DNA from: Candidatus Eremiobacteria bacterium | Lineage (GTDB): Bacteria > Vulcanimicrobiota > Vulcanimicrobiia > Vulcanimicrobiales > Vulcanimicrobiaceae | Assembly: GCA_963737065.1 (NCBI GenBank) | Contig: CAVTRC010000001.1 | Location: 896,001-960,000, forward strand | Reading direction: 5' to 3' | DNA: 64,000 nucleotides | Shown here: in pieces, positions 49,274 to 58,599 of the stretch | Layout of the letters: each line of letters begins with the position of its first letter | Numbering within the stretch: position 1 is the first letter of the stretch | Made by a program: the position numbers and the translations under genes | Notes under the pieces: generated by a model | Database searches by the model: none | What the model was told of the DNA's origin: nothing | Seen by the model: only the letters and a program-made list of their open reading frames with translations

Positions 49274-50615
49274 GGACGATCTCTCCCAGAGCGTTGGCAA
49301 GTGCGTCGATCTCACCCGTTGTCGTGAGTTCGGTAGCGTTCATCAGGACGCAGGTCGACAGCTCCGGATACCAGCGACCCAGATCGACACCGCCTAGAAT
49401 ACCGCGTTCCTGCAATTCCGCGAGCACCGGTGCCGCCGGCTGATGCACGTCGACGACGATTTCGTTGAAGAACGGCGAGCTGAACTTCAAATCGATGCCC
49501 TGGACGCTCGAAACAGCGGTCGCGAGCTCGCGCGAACGTTGGAGGTTCAGCGCGGCCACGTCGTGCAGGCCGGTCTTACCCATCAGCGCGAGGTAGATCG
49601 TCGCAATAAGTGCGCAGTGCGCTTGATTCGTGCAAATGTTCGATGTGGCGCGCTCGCGTCGTATGTGTTGCTCGCGCGCCTGCAACGTCAACACGTAGGC
49701 GGTTTTCTTCTCTTTATCGACCGTCTTGCCGACGAGCCGTCCCGGAATGCGACGCATGTGCTCTTTAGTGGACGCAATGAACCCGACATACGGACCGCCG
49801 TACGCCATCGCGACACCGAAGCTTTGCGCTTCACCAACTACGATCTCGGCACCCCACGAGGCCGGCGTTGCGAGCGCGGCGAGCGAAATTGCCTCGGAGA
49901 CGACGGCGATCGGTACCGTCCCACTCTCTCGCACGGCGGACGCAGTTTCACGGTCGAACGCTTCGATATTTCCGAAGAAGTTCGGCGTCTGCAGCGCCAC
50001 GCAAGCATACTGTTTCGATGCAACCGCGGTCTTTAACGCATCGAGATCCGTCGTTCCGTTCGCGCTCACCGGCAATTCATCCATTGCAACGTCGAGACCG
50101 TCGCAGTACGTCTTGAGCACCGCGCGGTAATTCGGATCGACGGCTCGCGAAACGAGGACGGTTTTCCGTCCGTTCGCATTGAGCGCCATGATCGCCGCTT
50201 CAGCGAGCGCCGTCGCTCCGTCGTAGACCGACGCGTTTGCGATGTCCATGCCGGTGAGCAGGCAGATGTAGCTCTGCCACTCGTAGATCGCTTGCAGATA
50301 ACCCTGTGAGACTTCCGCTTGATACGGCGTGTACGCCGTGAGAAACTCGCCGCGCATCGCGAGCGCACCGATCGCCGGCGGCGCATAGTGACGATATGAA
50401 CCCGCACCGAGGAATGAGACGTAATCGACGCCGGCATTCTTCTTCGCGAAGTGCTCGAAACGCCGCGCGATTTGATATTCCGGCAACGCCGGAACGACGT
50501 CGAGCTGCGTCTTTAGCGCGACGGCGTCGGGGACTTTGAGCAGTTCATCGAGCGACCCGGCGCCGATCGCGTCGAGCATCGCACGAATATCTTCCTCGGT
50601 GTGCGGCGTGTACAA
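49254..50615 (-). CDS. gcvPA: Glycine dehydrogenase subunit 1
   Basis: EFLTAYTPYQAEVSQG, NASVYDGATA, REQHIRRERATSNICTN; TTG start. Confidence 0.96.
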   Translation of the reverse strand: MYTPHTEEDIRAMLDAIGAGSLDELLKVPDAVALKTQLDVVPALPEYQIARRFEHFAKKNAGVDYVSFLGAGSYRHYAPPAIGALAMRGEFLTAYTPYQAEVSQGYLQAIYEWQSYICLLTGMDIANASVYDGATALAEAAIMALNANGRKTVLVSRAVDPNYRAVLKTYCDGLDVAMDELPVSANGTTDLDALKTAVASKQYACVALQTPNFFGNIEAFDRETASAVRESGTVPIAVVSEAISLAALATPASWGAEIVVGEAQSFGVAMAYGGPYVGFIASTKEHMRRIPGRLVGKTVDKEKKTAYVLTLQAREQHIRRERATSNICTNQAHCALIATIYLALMGKTGLHDVAALNLQRSRELATAVSSVQGIDLKFSSPFFNEIVVDVHQPAAPVLAELQERGILGGVDLGRWYPELSTCVLMNATELTTTGEIDALANALGEIVRVHANV

Positions 50616-50622
50616 TTAGACG

Positions 50623-50861
50623 GCGCTCCGCCCCAGGCTCCGCGCCCCCCATTTCATGGGGCCCCCGGGCCGTGGGGTGCATTTAACGTGAGTGGTAAGC
50701 ATTTCTCTCCCCTAGGGCACCCCTAAAGGACTCCTCGGCGGACAGCGCTCCGCCCCAGGCTGAGCTGTCCTGAGCGAAGTCGAAGGACGCCCCCCATTTC
50801 ATGGGGCCCCCGGGCCGTGGGGTGCATTTAACGTGACTGGTAAGCATTTCTCTCCCCTAGG
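50623..50861. repeat. Tandem direct repeat (two 74-bp cores at 73/74 identity plus 17-bp flanks), with a REP-like hairpin inserted in one copy
   Basis: 50643-50716 vs 50788-50861; gcgctccgccccaggct at 50623 and 50745; insert at 50762-50787 containing gtcctgagcgaagtcgaagga. Confidence 0.9.
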
Positions 50862-50877
50862 CAGCTTAAAGCATCGC

Positions 50878-51258
50878 TCAGTCGACTGAAATTTTTTCGT
50901 AATCATCGGGCGAGAGTAGGTTGTTCTTTTCATTTGCGTCTTTGAGCTTGACTTTGAAGAGCCAGCCTTCACCATATGGGTCGCGATTTACCGCGGCCGG
51001 ATCCGCGTCGAGCGCAGCGTTCACTTCGACGATCTCACCACCGATCGGCGTAAAGAGATCGGAAACGGCCTTTACCGACTCGATCACGCCGACGTTACCG
51101 AATTGATCGATCTGTTTGCCGACGCGCGGAAGTTCGACGTACACAATGTCGCCTAGCGAGTTCTGCGCGTAATCGGTAATGCCGATCGCCGCGGTGTCGC
51201 CGTCGACTCTCACCCACTCGTGTTCCTTGCTATACAGCAGATCCGCTGGCTGCGCCAT
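50878..51258 (-). CDS. gcvH: Glycine cleavage system H protein
   Basis: EHEW, GITDYAQ..LGD, ESVKAVSD lipoyl lysine, DPYGEGW. Confidence 0.97.
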   Translation of the reverse strand: MAQPADLLYSKEHEWVRVDGDTAAIGITDYAQNSLGDIVYVELPRVGKQIDQFGNVGVIESVKAVSDLFTPIGGEIVEVNAALDADPAAVNRDPYGEGWLFKVKLKDANEKNNLLSPDDYEKISVD

Positions 51259-51277
51259 GTACGACCGTACTCCTTAT

Positions 51278-52381
51278 TTACTTTGCTCGTTTATAGAACG
51301 GCAGCGCCACAACCGTGGCGTCGTGCTTCGTGCCGCGTATCTCGACCGCAAGCCGCGTGCCTTCGGTTGCGGCCTCTTTGGCAACCAGCGCGGTGGCGAT
51401 ATTCTTGTTCTCGACCGCGGGCGCCATGGATCCGCTGCGAATTTCGCCGACTTCGCGGTCGCCGAGAAAGACCTTGTATCCCTCGCGCGCCGGAGCACGG
51501 CTTGACATGACGAGGGCGACGATACGCGCGTAGTCGTCGCGTTCCATCTGCTCGACGAGCGCGTTGCGCCCGATGAACTCCGGTTTGCTCGTCTTGAGCG
51601 CCCATTGCAATCCCGCTTGCACGGGCGTGATGTTTTCGGTCAGCTCGTGACCGTACAGCGGCATGCCGGCTTCCAAGCGCAGCACATCGCGCGCACCTAA
51701 ACCGCACGCTTCCAACCCGTTGGCGCCTTCGTCGCGCAGCAGACTACGCCAAATCTCCGGCGCATGTTCGCCAAAAACGAAGAGCTCGAACCCATCTTCA
51801 CCGGTGTAACCCGTGCGCGCGATAATCGCCGGTCTGCCGTACACATTGCCTTCGGCGCAGAAGTAGTACTTCAGCGCGTCGAGATCGACGTCGACGTGCG
51901 GCTGCAAGAGCGCGATGGATTTTGGACCTTGAATCGCGATCAACGCATTACGCCCGTGCAGATTTTCGAGGCGTACGCCGTCGGCGAGATTCGCGTTCAA
52001 GTGGTTCCACATTTTATCGGCGTTCGCGCCGTTCACGACAAGCAGCCAGCGCTGCGCAAGACGATAGAAAATCGTATCGTCGTGCGCGCCGCCTTCGGGA
52101 TTGCAAAAGATGTTATAACGCGCCTGCATGGGTTTCATCGTGCCAACCGCGTTGATCGTCAACGTATCTGCCCACGAAGCGACATTCGGGCCTTCCAGAA
52201 CGAACTGGCCCATGTGCGAGAGATCGAACAGTCCGGCGCGATGACGTACGGCGTCGTGCTCTTTCAAAATGCCGGCGTACTGCACGGGCATTTCGAAGCC
52301 GGCGAAGGGCACGAGCCGCGCACCGAGCTTCGCATGTTCGTCGTAGAGCGCCGTGCGACGCAAGTCAGTCGAAGCAGTCAT
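51278..52381 (-). CDS. gcvT: Aminomethyltransferase (T protein)
   Basis: [44 protein letters not shown]. Confidence 0.96.
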   Translation of the reverse strand: MTASTDLRRTALYDEHAKLGARLVPFAGFEMPVQYAGILKEHDAVRHRAGLFDLSHMGQFVLEGPNVASWADTLTINAVGTMKPMQARYNIFCNPEGGAHDDTIFYRLAQRWLLVVNGANADKMWNHLNANLADGVRLENLHGRNALIAIQGPKSIALLQPHVDVDLDALKYYFCAEGNVYGRPAIIARTGYTGEDGFELFVFGEHAPEIWRSLLRDEGANGLEACGLGARDVLRLEAGMPLYGHELTENITPVQAGLQWALKTSKPEFIGRNALVEQMERDDYARIVALVMSSRAPAREGYKVFLGDREVGEIRSGSMAPAVENKNIATALVAKEAATEGTRLAVEIRGTKHDATVVALPFYKRAK

Positions 52382-52836
52382 TCGGGCGGCCCTTTCGCCC
52401 CGTGAAAGGGCGCGGCGTTCTCATTTGCGTACGTATTAAGGAAGTTCAGCGTGGCGTGCGCGACGAGCTTTTCGTTACTCTTCACCTGCACTTCGCCGTA
52501 ACAAATTCGCCTTCCAGCGCGAAGCACGGTCGCTTCCGCGATCAAATCGTGTGGCGGCAACGCCGGCGCAAGAAAATTGCACTGCAGCGAAGCGGTCACC
52601 GTGTCTTGTTCTCGACCGTAAATAGAAGCAAGCGCCACGTAGAACACGGTGTCGCACAAGCTCACGATCGCACCGCCGTGCACGGCGCCCGCGCCGTTGG
52701 CAATGTCCGGACGGAACGGCATGCGCATGACGGCCTTTCCGCGGTCGACCGACTCGAGTTTCAAGTCGAGGAGCGCGACGAAATGCGACTTTTCCTTTTC
52801 CCAGCGATGGGGAGCCGAGGCGAAATCGATGCTCAT
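52378..52836 (-). CDS. PaaI-family hotdog thioesterase
   Basis: ANGAGAVHGGAIVSLCD; overlaps the gcvT start. Confidence 0.88.
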   Translation of the reverse strand: MSIDFASAPHRWEKEKSHFVALLDLKLESVDRGKAVMRMPFRPDIANGAGAVHGGAIVSLCDTVFYVALASIYGREQDTVTASLQCNFLAPALPPHDLIAEATVLRAGRRICYGEVQVKSNEKLVAHATLNFLNTYANENAAPFHGAKGPPE

Positions 52837-52881
52837 GAACCTCCGAAGCGTACTGACAGCGGGCCCGTGCGTCTACGGCTT

Positions 52882-53799
52882 TTAGCTAAAGACCGGCCCG
52901 GGAGCGGCGAGCGCGCGCCGCACGTAGAGCGGAAGTGAAAACAACCGCTTGTGCGTTTCGCCGTCGTAGAAGAAATTCTCGCCTTTGAGCCCCGCGCAAT
53001 ACTGATCGACGGCAGCAACACTCAGCTCCGCGAGATTGACGCCGTCACTGCACGCGAGAAACGCCCAGTCGGTGTCAAAGGCGGGCACGGAATGAAAGAA
53101 CGACGTGACGTATCTATAGTGCTTCATCAACGTGCGCGCCATTTTCGCATGCAACGATAAGTTGTGGAACGCAAGCGTACTCGCTTGGAGAACGTAAATG
53201 CCGTGTTCGGTCAAACGCGACTTGACGAGCTTGAAGACACCCTCGTTGAAGAGGACGTTACTCGGCGAATCTTCGAGCGGCTCCGTGAGGTCCGAGATGA
53301 TGACGCCGTAACGGCCGTCGTTTTGCCGCATGAATTCCAGCGCGTCGCCGATCATGACGCGCGCCCGCGGATCGTCGAATGCGCCGTCGCTCCATTCCGG
53401 GAGATACTGTTTCGAAAGATCGACGACTAAGCCGTCGATATCGACCATCGTGCACCGCTCGACGTCGGAACGGCGTAACACTTCGCGTAATGTCGCGCCT
53501 TCGCCGCCGCCGAGAATCAAGACCTCGCGCCGGTCGGTCGCGCCGGCGAGCGCCGGATGCACGAGCGCCTCGTGATAAATCTTCTCGTCGTGCTGCGAGC
53601 TCTGCGTGTCGCCGTCGAGAATCAGCATCTTGCCGAACACCGGCGAGCTGATGATCGAAACTTGTTGAAACTGCGAGCGTCCCGCGTAATACACGGTATC
53701 GATCGCGTGGTGATGCTGTTCGGTCGGAGCAAACTCCTCAACGTACCACTGCCAATGTTCGGTCTTCGGCATAGCGGGCAGCGCTTTCGCCAAGCACAA
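52882..53799 (-). CDS. speE: Polyamine aminopropyltransferase (spermidine synthase family)
   Basis: YHEALVHP, LILGGGEGATLREV, VDID, ISDLTEP; start TTG 53799 or ATG 53772. Confidence 0.92.
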   Translation of the reverse strand: MCLAKALPAMPKTEHWQWYVEEFAPTEQHHHAIDTVYYAGRSQFQQVSIISSPVFGKMLILDGDTQSSQHDEKIYHEALVHPALAGATDRREVLILGGGEGATLREVLRRSDVERCTMVDIDGLVVDLSKQYLPEWSDGAFDDPRARVMIGDALEFMRQNDGRYGVIISDLTEPLEDSPSNVLFNEGVFKLVKSRLTEHGIYVLQASTLAFHNLSLHAKMARTLMKHYRYVTSFFHSVPAFDTDWAFLACSDGVNLAELSVAAVDQYCAGLKGENFFYDGETHKRLFSLPLYVRRALAAPGPVFS

Positions 53800-53823
53800 A
53801 GGGCACCCCCTCGGGATGCCCTT
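53799..53823 (-). promoter_or_regulatory. Stem-loop covering the speE ribosome-binding region (terminator or translational control)
   Basis: Minus strand aagggcatccc-gag-ggggtgccctt, 11-bp stem with one G-U pair. Confidence 0.5.
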
Positions 53824-53845
53824 CGAGCCGCTCGAACTCGCGACG

Positions 53846-55613
53846 CTATCGCATGCGATAGCTCAGCCGGTGTTTGCGAATCACGTTATCCGCAACAACG
53901 CCTTGCACGTAGGGCGCAATTGCAGCCGGCAGCGTTATGGACGACACGTTGGCATAGCGCCGGCCGTAGCGACCTTCGTAGACGTTGTGAATCGCGGTAC
54001 GGAAGTAGCCATTCACGAGCGATGCGGGAGCAGTTGCTTGGATCAACAGGTGGCTCGGATACGTTCGCGTTACGGTGAAACCGGCCGCTTGCAACGCGGC
54101 GATCACGGTTCGTTCGTCTTGCGCAGCGGTCGGAGCCGCGCGCATGACGATCGAAACGGGTGTCGGCGCATCGGCGTTACGGCCGCCGAGGTCGGACATG
54201 AAGCGAACGTTCACCGCATTTTTCAGGTCCGTATCGCGCGCGGCGCCGCGGCTTTGCTCGGCAAACGCTTGCGCTCGCGCGACGAACGTCCAGCTGCGCG
54301 ACGGACACATCCGCGCGGCGACGGTTTCTCCGTTCGGAAGTCCAAGCCCGGTTGCGTCGTCGTAGCCCTTCACGGCCGTGTAGTACGGCGACGATGAGCC
54401 GAAGCGATTGTTTCCTGACGTTACATCAAAAAACGCTGAACCGTTCGAACGAGTATACGCGGTGTAAAGCGCGGCAACCGCACTCGCCGGCGTACCGTGA
54501 CAATACTCGTCGAGTTCCGCTATGAGTGCCGCGGTTTGCGGCGCACCCCACGATGTGCCGCCGAAGATTTGCCACGAGCCTCCATAATAGATGCCGACGG
54601 CTTCGGACGGCATCGCGATATCCGGTACGTTACGGTACGTCATCGATGCCACGCCGGAGATCGTCGCTTGATACGATGGAATCGGGAAATTCGACGAGAC
54701 TCCGCCGCCGGTCGCACCCTGACTCGGATTGCCGGAGCCGTTCTGAAAGAAGAAGTCGTTCCATGCGACGGCCGACGTCAGGGTCGTCAAGGTGTATTTC
54801 GAGCCCGACGACGTTGACGTTTTCATTGCCGCCGACGCCGATCACGTTCGGATTGCTGGCGGGATAATTGGGTCCGGGCGTGTACGTCGTGCCGCTCACA
54901 TAACACTCGTTGCCTTGATCGCCCGACGACGCGGTGTATGCAATGCCCTTCCCGGCGGCCTGAGCGAACAGTGAATCTTCCGCGCTGCTGTTGTATTCGC
55001 AGCCGCCGAACGACTCACTGACGACGATCGGTTTCAACGAATCGGTCAAAACGTGTTGTTCGGCTGCGAGGAACGCCGATGTATCGAGGTTCGGAATTGC
55101 GAGGAACTCGACCGTCGCGCCGGGCGCCATTGCAAGCGCCGTTTCGACATCGAGCGCCGCCTCTTGATCGTCACCGTTTGCCGCGCCGGTGCCGTCGGGA
55201 CCACCGTCGATGTTGACGACTTTTAACGCGCCGCCGGCACGGGCAGTCAATCCTACGCCGGCCAGAAAACCGTTCACGTCGGCCGGACTCGGCGTCGCGT
55301 CGCCGACGATCGCGATCGTTTGTCCTACACCGCTGTAACCGCCGATCACCGGGAACTTCAACGCAGATGCGACCTGGTACGGAGCCCATATTCCGCGCTG
55401 CGGCAATTCGCTGATCGGGGGCATCGTCGCATCGGCGCCGGGCGCGAACGTACCCGTCGGAACCGGGGTCGGCGTCGGAGTTTGCTGCGGAGTAGGCGTC
55501 GTGTTGGTTTGCGGCGTAACGCCGCCACCACCGCCTCCGCCGCATGCCGCGAGCAAGGCGCATGTCGCAACGGCGATGGCGCCGCCGATACGAACCCCGA
55601 GTCGACTGTTCAT
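53846..55613 (-). pseudogene. S53 (sedolisin) peptidase lipoprotein with C-terminal prodomain-like region, split by a +1 frameshift near 54820-54823
   Basis: ORF1: lipobox LLAAC, EAALDVE, SSGDQG, YPASNPNVIGVGG. ORF2: RNVPDI, GGTSWGAP, DVTSGNN, GYDDATGLG, then a pro-kumamolisin-like segment. Confidence 0.8.
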
Positions 55614-55775
55614 CTGAAGGACCGGTCCTTGAGAAGAGTGATTATAGAGCGACGAGTACACGCGCGCCTAAAGACACTTCTCGCGCGGGCAGCGTTGCTT
55701 TGCTACCGTTAAACGCTTTCCATGCCGGAACTATCGCACGTACTCACGTTATCGAGCGCATCTGAGTCAAAAATT

Positions 55776-55805
55776 AAACGAGCACCGCCGTCGCGGTGCT
55801 CGTTT
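55776..55805. terminator. Intrinsic terminator downstream of speD (bidirectional form)
   Basis: aaacgagcaccgc-cgtc-gcggtgctcgttt 13-bp perfect stem with T-rich tails on both strands. Confidence 0.8.
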
Positions 55806-55825
55806 CTTCTTGAAACCGGAGATCG

Positions 55826-56236
55826 CTACGCCGAGAGCGCCACGGTTTCGTGATCGCGGGTCACGGCGTGCGTGAAGGTTCCGCTCGGTTGCGCGATGCC
55901 GCGCTTCACTTCGGTCGTCTGCATGACCTTCGCATCGAGCACCTTGGCGGCGTGCTCGCAGGCCAGCCACGGGTCGGTGTGATCGCCGCACGTATAGAAA
56001 TCCATCGCGGCATAGCCCATTTCCGGCCAGGTGTGGATCGAGATATGGGACTCGGCGAGGACGACCACGCCGGATACCCCTTGAGGCTCGAATCTGTGGA
56101 AGGCGACTTCCATGACGGTTGCGCGCGATGCCCTTGCTGCGCCGATCATCATGTCGCGAACCGCGTCGACATCGGTGAGCGCCGCTGCATCACAGCCCGA
56201 CAGCTCGCACACGATGTGCGTTCCGAGTGCTTTCAC
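55826..56236 (-). CDS. speD: S-adenosylmethionine decarboxylase proenzyme
   Basis: LGTHIVCEL, FEPQGVSGVVVLAESHISIHTWPE (self-cleavage at ES), DFYTCG; start GTG 56236. Confidence 0.94.
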   Translation of the reverse strand: MKALGTHIVCELSGCDAAALTDVDAVRDMMIGAARASRATVMEVAFHRFEPQGVSGVVVLAESHISIHTWPEMGYAAMDFYTCGDHTDPWLACEHAAKVLDAKVMQTTEVKRGIAQPSGTFTHAVTRDHETVALSA

Positions 56237-56445
56237 TTCTATCGCTCTCCTCAGAGCCTTGGGGGAATCCCACCTCCGGACTTCGTCGGCTGGCGCCTGC
56301 AGTGCAGTCACGTCCCCGACCTATCGACGAACTCTTGCCGGCGCTTTTCGGTGCACGGGCGATTCGTCGCGATGGCGCGAAAAGGCGCGCCCTCCTGAAA
56401 CCGTGGACCGCACGCCACAGAGAAGTAGCCTCGGGTCCGGCGAAC

Positions 56446-56474
56446 ATAATAACCCCCCAAGACCCCCCTGTAAA
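56446..56474 (-). promoter_or_regulatory. Sigma70-type promoter for speD
   Basis: Minus strand TTTACA-N17-TATTAT. Confidence 0.7.
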
Positions 56475-56538
56475 CCCCTTCCGGATAGCGAGCCGCCAAT
56501 CTCCCCAGGCGGGATTTTGAAGTTATGACTTCACTATC

Positions 56539-56567
56539 TTGACTATATCCCCGGTGGGGCTTACCCT
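56539..56567 (+). promoter_or_regulatory. Sigma70-type promoter for sufB (near-leaderless)
   Basis: TTGACT-N17-TACCCT ending 9 nt before ATG 56577; no SD. Confidence 0.55.
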
Positions 56568-56576
56568 CAGATAGTC

Positions 56577-57992
56577 ATGACGACCCCCGTTCAGAGCCAA
56601 CCGATTATCTCCGAGGATTACCGCCACGGATTCCACGACCCGGAGAACTACGTTTTCAAGTCCGATAAGGGCTTGACGCGCGACATCGTGGAGCGCATTA
56701 GCGCGATGAAGGCCGAGCCCGACTGGATGCGCGATTTCCGGCTGAAGGCCTACGAGATCTTCATTAGTAAGCCGATGCCCACGTGGGGCGATACCGAACG
56801 GCTCAGCCAGATCGATTTCGCGGACATCCACTACTTCGTGAAGTCGACGGACCGCACCGAACGTTCGTGGGATGACGTTCCCGACGACATCAAGCGCACG
56901 TTCGATCGTCTCGGCATCCCGGAGGCCGAACGGAAGTTTCTCGCGGGTGTCTCCGCACAATACGAGTCGGAAGTCGTCTACCACAGCGTCAGCAAAGAGC
57001 TCGAAGCGCAAGGCGTGCTCTTCTGCGACATGGACACGGCGGTCAAGAAGTATCCCGACATCGTCAGAAAGTACTTCGCGACGGTGATTCCGGCCGCGGA
57101 CAATAAATTCGCGGCGCTCAATTCCTCGGTGTGGTCGGGTGGTTCGTTCATCTACGTTCCGCCGGGCGCCGAAGTGAAAATGCCGCTTCAGGCGTACTTC
57201 CGCATCAACGCCGAGAACATGGGTCAATTCGAGCGCACGCTGATCATCGCGGATAAGGGAGCGAAGGTCCACTACATCGAGGGATGTACGGCACCGAAGT
57301 TCTCCACGGCGTCATTGCACAGCGCGGTCGTGGAACTTGTGGCGCTCGATGATGCGTCGATCCGCTATACGACGATTCAAAATTGGTACCGCAACATCTA
57401 CAATCTCGTCACCAAACGCGCGCTCGCGCACAAGAATGCGACGGTCGAGTGGGTCGACGGAAACATCGGCTCTAAACTGACGATGAAGTATCCCTCGATC
57501 TATCTCATGGGCGAAGGCGCGCGCGGCGAAATTCTCTCGATGGCGTTCGCCGGCGAGGGCCAGCATCAGGATGCCGGCGCGAAAGTGATTCACGCCGCAC
57601 CGAACACGACGTCGGTCGTCACGAACAAGAGTGTAAGCGCGCACGGCGGTAAAACGACGTACCGCGGCCTCGTCGAAGTCTTCCCGGGGGCGACCGGCGC
57701 GAAGACGCGCGTGAAGTGCGATGCGCTCATCATGGACGATCAATCATCGAGCGATACGAAGCCGACGATGAAGATTCACGAACAGCGCTCGACGGTCGAA
57801 CACGAGGCGAGCGTTTCGAAGATCGGTGAGGAGCAACTCTTCTACGCGATGTCGCGCGGATTGAGCGAAGCCGATGCGACGGCGATGATCGTCAACGGCT
57901 TCTTCGATTTCTTCGTCAAGGAATTGCCGATGGAGTACGCCGTCGAGCTCAACCGCCTCGTCAAAATGGAGATGGAAGGCGCAGTAGGCTAA
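56577..57992 (+). CDS. sufB: Fe-S cluster assembly protein SufB
   Basis: [51 protein letters not shown]. Confidence 0.96.
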   Translation: MTTPVQSQPIISEDYRHGFHDPENYVFKSDKGLTRDIVERISAMKAEPDWMRDFRLKAYEIFISKPMPTWGDTERLSQIDFADIHYFVKSTDRTERSWDDVPDDIKRTFDRLGIPEAERKFLAGVSAQYESEVVYHSVSKELEAQGVLFCDMDTAVKKYPDIVRKYFATVIPAADNKFAALNSSVWSGGSFIYVPPGAEVKMPLQAYFRINAENMGQFERTLIIADKGAKVHYIEGCTAPKFSTASLHSAVVELVALDDASIRYTTIQNWYRNIYNLVTKRALAHKNATVEWVDGNIGSKLTMKYPSIYLMGEGARGEILSMAFAGEGQHQDAGAKVIHAAPNTTSVVTNKSVSAHGGKTTYRGLVEVFPGATGAKTRVKCDALIMDDQSSSDTKPTMKIHEQRSTVEHEASVSKIGEEQLFYAMSRGLSEADATAMIVNGFFDFFVKELPMEYAVELNRLVKMEMEGAVG

Positions 57993-58011
57993 ACACAGAA
58001 GGGCTCCCGCG

Positions 58012-58599
58012 ATGCGGCGAGCCCTTCCGGTTTCTACGATCGCACTATTTTCGGCGCTTTCGGTGGTGCCGGCAAACGCCGACGTTACCTGCAATCTTAC
58101 GATCCCGGCGACCATGGTCGATACCATGGATACGGCCAACACGTATCCCGGCGAGCATTTTCGTTTCAAGACGACTGCGCATGCATCGTTCGGCGACGTC
58201 GACATTCCCGAGGGCACGCAGGGATGGGGCGTCGTTCGCTACGTGCAAGCTGCGCGCTCGCGCAATCGCGGCGGTTCGATCATACTCGAGCCGCGTTTCA
58301 TCGCGATCGGTGAAACGCGCATTTCGGTTATGTCGGATCCGCGCGAAACGGCCGAATTCGCGCACTCCGCCACGTTACTCGATGAAGGCATCGGCATGAT
58401 TCCGATCGGCATGCTGCAGACGGGACTTCACTACTTGCGGCCGGGAAGTAACCTCAGGCTGGGACCGGGGTTCACATTTCACGTCGTCGTCATGCCTGAT
58501 CTCGTTACGAGCGAACCGTGCAGCCCTGCGGCCCCGAGCAGTGAACGGCGCCAATCTTCGCCGTCGCCGTCGCCATCGCCGTCGCCCGAAACTCAATGA
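58012..58599 (+). CDS. Secreted hypothetical protein, TrbI/VirB10-like beta-domain pattern (paralog 1)
   Basis: Signal peptide ending PANA; IPATMVDT..., IPEGTQGWGVV...RGGSIIL. Confidence 0.65.
   Translation: MRRALPVSTIALFSALSVVPANADVTCNLTIPATMVDTMDTANTYPGEHFRFKTTAHASFGDVDIPEGTQGWGVVRYVQAARSRNRGGSIILEPRFIAIGETRISVMSDPRETAEFAHSATLLDEGIGMIPIGMLQTGLHYLRPGSNLRLGPGFTFHVVVMPDLVTSEPCSPAAPSSERRQSSPSPSPSPSPETQ

Noticed and set aside
50623..50861. CRISPR array
   Set aside because: Only two units of about 90 bp, no spacer periodicity and no cas genes
50616..50877. Tandem glycine riboswitch interpretation of the gcvH-gcvPA repeat
   Set aside because: GGAGAG and one CTCAGG are present, but the CCGAAG core is missing from the repeats and the motif order does not fit; the site is also mid-operon. 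An Rfam glycine-riboswitch scan would settle it.
56190..56447. 85-aa uORF in the speD leader
   Set aside because: Its ATG overlaps the predicted -10 box, so it would not be in the transcript
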